Assembly (NCBI GenBank): GCA_030646035.1
Contig: JAUSMY010000046.1
Span: 73,072 to 137,071 of the forward strand
From: Thermodesulfovibrionia bacterium
GTDB lineage: Bacteria; Nitrospirota; Thermodesulfovibrionia; UBA6902
Reading direction: 5' to 3'
Length of the DNA: 64,000 bases
Shown here one piece after another: positions 58,393-64,000 of the stretch; within the stretch, counting starts at the first letter, position 1, and the number at the start of each line of letters is the position of its first letter. Below the pieces are notes generated by a model that was not told where the DNA came from, did no database searches, and saw only the letters and a program-made list of their open reading frames with translations. The translations under genes and the position numbers were made by a program.

Positions 58393-58815
58393 TTAAAACG
58401 TCAGATTCATATCCGCCTTGATAACAACATCTTTATAATATGTGGCCGGGTCAGCTACCTCTACACCATCAACAAAATCCTGCTTGGTCATGCCAAAGAG
58501 CGGGACGTTCAAGGGACATGCAAGCAGCTTCGCTCCCTCTTTGTAGAGCATGAAAAGCAGATCTTCAACCGACGGGAGGTTCATTTCATCCATCCTCGCC
58601 ATAACAGCATCGCCTTCTTCTTTAGGTTGGTCCGGCAGGCAGACAAGTGTGTTTACCTTGTCCTTATGAAGGGCGTTGACCCCGCGCGACCCGAAGAACA
58701 TTGTGACATTAGAACCCTCTTTCAGGAGGCTGTACGCGGTCATGAGGGCATTGTAAACCTGGCACAGTTCATCGTGGAAACACATAATCGAAACGTTTTT
58801 GATAACCTTTTCCAT
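58393..58815 (-). CDS. DsrE/DsrF-like family protein
   Basis: VSIMCFHDELCQVYNALMTAYSLLKEGSNVTMFFGSRGVNAL resembles the DsrE-fold N-terminal motif. Confidence 0.65.
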   Translation of the reverse strand: MEKVIKNVSIMCFHDELCQVYNALMTAYSLLKEGSNVTMFFGSRGVNALHKDKVNTLVCLPDQPKEEGDAVMARMDEMNLPSVEDLLFMLYKEGAKLLACPLNVPLFGMTKQDFVDGVEVADPATYYKDVVIKADMNLTF

Positions 58816-58851
58816 TTTATCCCTCCTTAATTTTTTAAAGCCAACTGTTAT

Positions 58852-59592
58852 TTATTTTCCCGTCAATATCTGGTACCACATTCTTAGACCTGTTATTGCG
58901 ATAATAACGGCAATTGCCAGGCGGAGGTATTTGGTATTTACTTTCTTACTCATCTTCCCGCCGAATTGCGCCCCCGGTATTGTGCCGATGACAAGCGCTA
59001 TCGCATATGGCCATAGTATCTGTCCGGTAGTCATCTTGCCTATGGTTCCCATGAGTGCGCCCAGAAAGACGATTCCAAGCGTACTGCCTATTACAATGCG
59101 TGTCGGAATGTTAAGCAGATATATCATTGCCGGGATGTAGATGAAAGCTCCCGGCGCACCGACCATGCCGCCGAAAGTGCCTATCAAAAGGCTTAAGAAT
59201 ATCGCAAGCGGTTTGTTATATTGAAGGTCATCAGGTGAGATATCCTCTCCCTGCTCACGCTTTGGAATGAACATTGTCACTGCAGCTATAACAGCCATTG
59301 TAGCAAAGATAGCTAACAGGAAAGAGCTTTTGGAAGTTTTTGAGAAGAGAGAACCTGCAAGATTACCTATGGCATTGCATACTCCCATGTAGAGAAGGAG
59401 AGACTTGCTCACAAAACGGTTTTTATTATGAACGATAACAGCTGTCAGGGATGCTGACAGCACCTGCACCATACTGATGGCGGCAACCTGCTTCATGTCA
59501 AACTGCCCGACACCGACCAGGCCGAGCAGTCCGGATAAGAAACCTCCGCCAAGACCGAGTATTACGAGTGTGATCAATAATTGTATTTCCAT
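58852..59592 (-). CDS. TauE/SafE (TSUP, DUF81) sulfite/organosulfur exporter family membrane protein
   Basis: The protein is 246 aa with a 4+4 TM repeat and Gly-rich helices. Confidence 0.85.
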   Translation of the reverse strand: MEIQLLITLVILGLGGGFLSGLLGLVGVGQFDMKQVAAISMVQVLSASLTAVIVHNKNRFVSKSLLLYMGVCNAIGNLAGSLFSKTSKSSFLLAIFATMAVIAAVTMFIPKREQGEDISPDDLQYNKPLAIFLSLLIGTFGGMVGAPGAFIYIPAMIYLLNIPTRIVIGSTLGIVFLGALMGTIGKMTTGQILWPYAIALVIGTIPGAQFGGKMSKKVNTKYLRLAIAVIIAITGLRMWYQILTGK

Positions 59593-59636
59593 AGTTTTTT
59601 TATCTCTCCTATAGAGTTAATTTGTATATAGATATC

Positions 59637-60882
59637 TCAACGCCGTATTTTTTTGTAATCACCGTACATGGTCTTTTCAAGAAGCATGGCCATTGGTTTT
59701 TTTAAAAACGATTCTGACAGCCAGTGTTTTTCAAATATGACCTTTCCTAAATGCCACAATGGAGAAGGCTTGCGCATTTTTACCTGTGGATTCGGAGTAG
59801 CGTAGAAATTCCCGGAGCCGAACCCGGCTGTACCATCTCCGATCTCTATGAAACAGCCTCCTTCTCCCGTATATTCCGCTTTTTCTCCGATCCCCAAAAT
59901 CTCATTTGCAATATTTTCAGCCACAACTTTTGCTTCAAAATGGGCAAAAACCCCTGCCTTGGGAAGCATCAGAGGCATACCCGGCTTCCACTCTGGGTAT
60001 CTTGACCTTGGCTACATCTCCTATGGCGTAGACATTTTCAAATTGAGTTTTTAATGTATCTTTATCCGCTGGTATCCAGTCATCAGTCAATCCTGATTCT
60101 CTGATGACCTTGGGGGATTTGTGAGGAGGAACTACCAATAATAGATCATAGTTTGCCTTCCCTTTGTCAAAAGTTATTTCCTTTTGTTCTGCATCTATTG
60201 AGGCAACCTTGTGCTCAAAATTGTATTCTATTCCCGCTTCTCCAAGCATCTCTTTTATCATATTTCCCACAGCAGGCCCGGCAACCGGCATTGGCAGTGG
60301 TTCGGGAGCAAATATTTTCACATTAACATTATTTTCAAGGCCTCTCTTTCTAAAGATATCTTTCAGCAGGAAGGCGGTTTCATAGGGTGCAGCCGGACAT
60401 TTGTAAGGCATGGAAGAAACAAGGACTACTATGTTCCCGCCGGAGAAGTTCTTTATACTGTCTCTCGCTTTCAGTATCCCGTCTAATGTGTAAATATTGC
60501 AGGCATCTTTTTTTAAGGCGTCTTCAAGGCCTGGCACTGCATCGGGAAATAATGAAGCGCCGAGAGAGATCACAAGGTAATCATAGGCGATCTCTTTCTT
60601 TTCGGTTTTGACTGTTTTGTTTTGAGTATCGATCTTTACGATATCTTCATTTATAAGATCAATGCCGCTCTCGATCAGTCTTGAGATGTCTTTTTTGATT
60701 TCTTCCGGTTGTCTGTCTCCGCACATTACCCAGAGAAAGGAAGAGGCAGATATATGCTCTTTGCTTTTATCTACTATTATTATCTTGTGTTCATTTCCTA
60801 ATTTCTTCCTGAGATCATTAGCCGTAGTCAATCCGCCAACTCCTCCGCCTAAGACTACGATCGTTTTTCCATCGCTTCCCAT
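59637..60882 (-). pseudogene. sqr: sulfide:quinone oxidoreductase-like FAD-dependent pyridine-nucleotide-disulfide oxidoreductase, interrupted by a single frameshift near 59960-59985
   Basis: The N-terminal ORF (60882..59935) carries VVLGGGVGGLT FAD binding and ...AIGDVAKVKIP. The C-terminal ORF (59978..59637) begins ...LPKAGVFAHFEAKVVAENIA...GEGGCFIEIGDG, the conserved SQR C-terminal region, in the +1 frame. Together they give a full-length enzyme of about 415 aa. Confidence 0.7.
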
Positions 60883-60924
60883 CTTTCCTCCTTTAATTTA
60901 TAAATGCATTATTGATCAGGATTA

Positions 60925-61272
60925 TTATCTCTTTCTTTTCCCGGGGTAGGTACCTTTTTTTGACACAGGGCAGCATTTGGGCCCGGGTAGATCCTCGGAA
61001 TATTCCTTATTTAATATATGAATGATATCCAATGCTAATGGACTCTTCAGGAAGTAGCATCTTAATCTGCCGTCAATAAAAAAATCGATGATCCCGGCGC
61101 TCCTGAGCTTTGACAGGTGCTGAGATATATTTGGCTGACTCACATTGTCAAGAAAGTCTTCGAAATCGCTTACGCACTTAACACCATTGGAGAGTTCGGT
61201 CAGGATTTTTATTCTGACAGGATGGGTAATGGCCTTGAGTATCTCAATACGCAACAATATATCTTTTGTCAT
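60925..61272 (-). CDS. ArsR/SmtB-family transcriptional regulator (SqrR/BigR-like sulfide-responsive repressor candidate)
   Basis: The wHTH is HPVRIKILTELSNG...SQPNISQHLSKLRSAGII. Cys residues lie in the DNA-binding domain and the C-terminal tail. The gene heads the sqr-tauE-dsrE gene string. Confidence 0.8.
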   Translation of the reverse strand: MTKDILLRIEILKAITHPVRIKILTELSNGVKCVSDFEDFLDNVSQPNISQHLSKLRSAGIIDFFIDGRLRCYFLKSPLALDIIHILNKEYSEDLPGPKCCPVSKKGTYPGKRKR

Positions 61273-61275
61273 ATT

Positions 61276-61293
61276 CAAATATTACGATATTTG
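61276..61293. promoter_or_regulatory. palindromic putative operator at the ArsR-family gene start
   Basis: CAAATAT-tacg-ATATTTG is a perfect 7-bp inverted repeat at the 5' end of the regulator gene, lying in the divergent promoter region shared with mlaE. Confidence 0.4.
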
Positions 61294-61494
61294 CATATGA
61301 TTGTCAACTATATAATTTTTCGGGTGGCAAATCGGTGAAGAGGCTTTGATTACGAACGAATACTCCTGATCTATTTGCGATTTAATAATGCTTGATATTA
61401 TGTGTTGAATGCTTTATTCTTGTGTTCCATATAGAATATGAGAATATTTATTTTGTATAATAATTCAGTTTATTAATACAGCAAGGAGAATTCT

Positions 61495-62280
61495 TTGAAC
61501 TTTTTTGAGAAAATCGGTGACATGGTAATCTATTACCTTGATCAAGCAGGGATGATGGTCATATTTCTCTTTCAATCCCTTTATGCCTGCATCAAGCCGC
61601 CTTACAAAATAGCTCCTGTAGTAAAGCAGATATATGTTATCGGCGCTCTTTCCGTCTTTGTAGTTATTTTCACAGGACTTTTTTCCGGGATGGTGCTCGG
61701 TCTTCAGGGATTCAACACACTGAAAAAGTTCGGAGCTGAGGGGCTTTTGGGCTCAGCTGTTGCGCTCAGTCTGATAAGGGAACTGGGCCCTGTCTTAACC
61801 GCGCTTATGGTTACCGGACGGGCTGGCTCTGCTATCTGTGCTGAGATCGGCATAATGAGGAACTCCGAGCAGATAGACGCTCTTGAGTGTATGGCTATCG
61901 ATCCGTATAAATTCATAATATCTCCCAAGTTCATTGCAGGGATAATCTCCTTGCCGCTTTTGACAGCCATGTTTGATATTGTAGGGATATTCGGAGGATA
62001 CCTTGTAGGCGTCAAGCTCCTGGGCACGAATCAGGGGGCATTCTTTAATACGATGCTCACTGATGTGAAGTTTGACGATATTTATATGGGACTCGTGAAG
62101 TCTCTATCCTTCGGCCTCATTATTGTTTGGATCTCTTCTGCAATGGGTTACTTTGTTCATATGACAAGAGGAGGGGGCTTTGGAGCAGAGGGTGTAAGCA
62201 GGGTCACTACAAATGCTGTCGTCCTCTCGTCAGTCTCTGTTCTGGTCTTTGATTATTTCCTGACTTCCATGCTGATCTGA
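61495..62280 (+). CDS. mlaE: phospholipid ABC transporter permease MlaE
   Basis: The protein is 261 aa and matches the MlaE/Ttg2B topology and conserved segments. Confidence 0.9.
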   Translation: MNFFEKIGDMVIYYLDQAGMMVIFLFQSLYACIKPPYKIAPVVKQIYVIGALSVFVVIFTGLFSGMVLGLQGFNTLKKFGAEGLLGSAVALSLIRELGPVLTALMVTGRAGSAICAEIGIMRNSEQIDALECMAIDPYKFIISPKFIAGIISLPLLTAMFDIVGIFGGYLVGVKLLGTNQGAFFNTMLTDVKFDDIYMGLVKSLSFGLIIVWISSAMGYFVHMTRGGGFGAEGVSRVTTNAVVLSSVSVLVFDYFLTSMLI

Positions 62281-63059
62281 TGATTGATAACAATTATATA
62301 ATACAACTGGTAGATGTTGAGAAATCTTTTGGTACTCAAAAGATACTCAAGGGCCTTAACCTCTCTGTAGTTGAGGGCAGGACTTCTGTTATCGTGGGCG
62401 GAAGCGGCCAAGGTAAGAGCCTAACCATAAAGCACATCCTCGGCCTGATGAAGCCTACAAGCGGCAACGTTTTTGTATATGGCAAGGATATTAACAAGAT
62501 AAGCAAAAAAGAGCTTAAGGATATAAGGTCTGAATTCGGCGTTCTCTTTCAGAACTCGGCACTTTTTGATTCAATGACGATATTTGATAACGTCGCCCTT
62601 CCTCTGAGAGAGCGAACAAAGATGTCAGAGGCTGAGATAAAAGATACTGTTAATGAATATCTGGAACTCATGGAGGTCAGGGGAGCGCATGAAAAGTTTC
62701 CTGCACAGGTCAGCGGGGGAATGAAGAAGAGGGTAGGGCTTGCGAGGGCGCTTGTTCTTAAACCCAAGATTATGTTCTTTGACGAGCCTACCACAGGCCT
62801 TGATGTGGCGATGAGCAATGAGATATACCGTATCTTTTTCCGCACACAGGCAAAGCTCGGGTATACAGCCATTATCGTCAGCCATGATGTGCCGAAGATA
62901 TTCAAACTGGCTGACTATGTCCTTCTCTTCCACGATGGTATTGTTGAAGAGAACCTTACTCCTGAGGAATTTCAGCTTTCAGACAAGCCTGTTATAAGAC
63001 AATTTGTCGAGACAACAATGGGAAGATTATATTCAAGTGAAATGGAGGATATTCAATGA
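62280..63059 (+). CDS. mlaF: phospholipid ABC transporter ATP-binding protein MlaF
   Basis: Walker A GGSGQGKS, the ABC signature SGGMKKRVGLARAL and Walker B are present. Confidence 0.9.
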   Translation: MIDNNYIIQLVDVEKSFGTQKILKGLNLSVVEGRTSVIVGGSGQGKSLTIKHILGLMKPTSGNVFVYGKDINKISKKELKDIRSEFGVLFQNSALFDSMTIFDNVALPLRERTKMSEAEIKDTVNEYLELMEVRGAHEKFPAQVSGGMKKRVGLARALVLKPKIMFFDEPTTGLDVAMSNEIYRIFFRTQAKLGYTAIIVSHDVPKIFKLADYVLLFHDGIVEENLTPEEFQLSDKPVIRQFVETTMGRLYSSEMEDIQ

Positions 63060-63502
63060 AGAAAATAAGCATAGAGACAATTGTAGGAATATTTCTGGTG
63101 TTGGGATTGGTCGCACTTGCTTACATGTCAGTGACGCTGGGCGGGGTAAGCCTTTTCGGCACAGACCAGTATAAGGTCAGTGCCCAGTTTGGAAACATCT
63201 CCGGCCTTACCAAGGACGCCACTGTAGAGATTGCCGGCGTCATTGTGGGGAAGGTAGCAAGTGTCAGTCTTAATGGTGATGACTATCAGGCAAAAGTGGA
63301 GATGCTTATAAACCCTAATGTGAAACTTCAGGAAGACACGATCGCGTCTATCAGAACGCAGGGGATAATAGGCGACAAGTATGTAAAACTTTCACCGGGC
63401 GCTTCTGAAGATCTTATAAAGGACGGCGGAGAGATAGTTGAGACGGAATCATCGCTTGTGCTTGAAGAGCTTGTAAGTAAATACATGTTTGATAAAAAGT
63501 AA
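63056..63502 (+). CDS. mlaD: MCE-domain protein MlaD
   Basis: The protein is 148 aa with an N-terminal TM and an MCE domain. Confidence 0.85.
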   Translation: MKKISIETIVGIFLVLGLVALAYMSVTLGGVSLFGTDQYKVSAQFGNISGLTKDATVEIAGVIVGKVASVSLNGDDYQAKVEMLINPNVKLQEDTIASIRTQGIIGDKYVKLSPGASEDLIKDGGEIVETESSLVLEELVSKYMFDKK

Positions 63503-63527
63503 ATTCTAATTATATTGAGGTGTGAGT

Positions 63528-64000
63528 ATGAAACTGGTCAGGTTGATTTTAATAAGTACTGTTTTTGTTTTTTCGCTTCAGATGTTTTCTTATTCGTTCG
63601 CAGGTGATTCTCCCAAGGCATCTTTGCAGACGACAATAGACGCTATTCTAGCTCTCTTGAGGGATAAATCACTTTCAACTTCTGACAAGAAGGAAGTCAG
63701 GCGTGAAAAGATAAGGGCTTTGCTGAATGAGCGCTTTGATTTTGCCGAGATGGGCAAACGCTCTCTTGCCAATCACTGGAAGGAACGCACGCCTGCTGAG
63801 CAGAATGAGTTTGTTTCTATATTTTCAGATCTCTTGGAGGCATCTTATATCGGCAAGATAGAGGGATATACAAATGAGAAGGTGACCTATGACAGTGAGA
63901 AGATAAAAAGCGAAGGCAAATATGGAGAGGTTGAGACATCCATAGTCACAGAAAAAGTTGATATCCCTATTTATTATAAGCTGATAAATAAAGACGGCAA
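63528..64000 (+). CDS. mlaC: MlaC/Ttg2D-family periplasmic phospholipid-binding protein; the 3' end lies outside the window
   Basis: It has a signal peptide and the Ttg2D-like sequence ...KEVRREKIRALLNERFDFAEMGKRSLANHWKERTPAEQNEFVSIFSDLLEASYIGKIE.... Confidence 0.75.
   Translation, partial: MKLVRLILISTVFVFSLQMFSYSFAGDSPKASLQTTIDAILALLRDKSLSTSDKKEVRREKIRALLNERFDFAEMGKRSLANHWKERTPAEQNEFVSIFSDLLEASYIGKIEGYTNEKVTYDSEKIKSEGKYGEVETSIVTEKVDIPIYYKLINKDG

Noticed and set aside
1-64000. CRISPR arrays, rRNA genes, integrases or transposases
   Set aside because: There are no regularly spaced direct repeats, no rRNA-like conserved blocks, and no ORF with integrase or transposase motifs. The only mobility-like signal is the GIY-YIG mini-element.

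Overview
The window looks like chromosomal sequence from an anaerobic, Gram-negative, likely deltaproteobacterial-type organism. That guess rests on the Geobacter-style paired CX4CH...CXXCH heme motifs, the B12-radical-SAM genes and the putative selenoproteins. From the 5' end there is a YraN-like gene fragment, then tandem tRNA-Pro(CGG) and tRNA-Arg(CCT), then several small accessory genes (a lipoprotein, a Lys/Ala-repeat histone-H1-like protein, PspC, and two paralogous Cys-rich mini-proteins). A minus-strand housekeeping block follows with split transketolase, ftsX, an EnvC-like degenerate M23 protein and ctpA.

The centrepiece is an ~21 kb plus-strand operon, 9.3-30.2 kb. It encodes an NHL/PKD beta-propeller protein, a small secreted protein and four consecutive giant secreted multiheme c-type cytochromes of 1191, 1478, 1883 and 1431 aa. 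I count about 97 heme-binding motifs by eye, many of them non-canonical CX3CH or CX4CH. The operon ends in a strong terminator.

Downstream are a beta-propeller lipoprotein, a GIY-YIG nuclease mini-element with hairpin inverted ends and a gene-less miniature copy nearby, and system-II cytochrome c biogenesis genes ccsB and ccsA. These two are separated by a minus-strand island encoding GT2, a GT39/ArnT-like glycosyltransferase, a hypothetical protein and a B12-radical SAM enzyme. After that come two more B12-radical SAM genes and a LuxE-like adenylating enzyme. This block is punctuated by two ~97%-identical copies of a 93-bp structured repeat. Next is a type IV pilus / type II secretion-like cluster (pilin, secretin, PilMNOP, pseudopilin, GspF, GspE).

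The 3' part of the window carries two adjacent genes with in-frame TGA codons that I interpret as selenocysteine: a YeeE/YedE-family transporter with the TGA at a conserved-Cys position, and a small thioredoxin-fold protein. It also carries an outer-membrane barrel / methyltransferase / LolA-like / RND exporter set, a sulfide-responsive-type operon (ArsR-family regulator, frameshifted SQR, TauE, DsrE), and the start of an mlaEFDC operon.

No rRNA or CRISPR array was seen.
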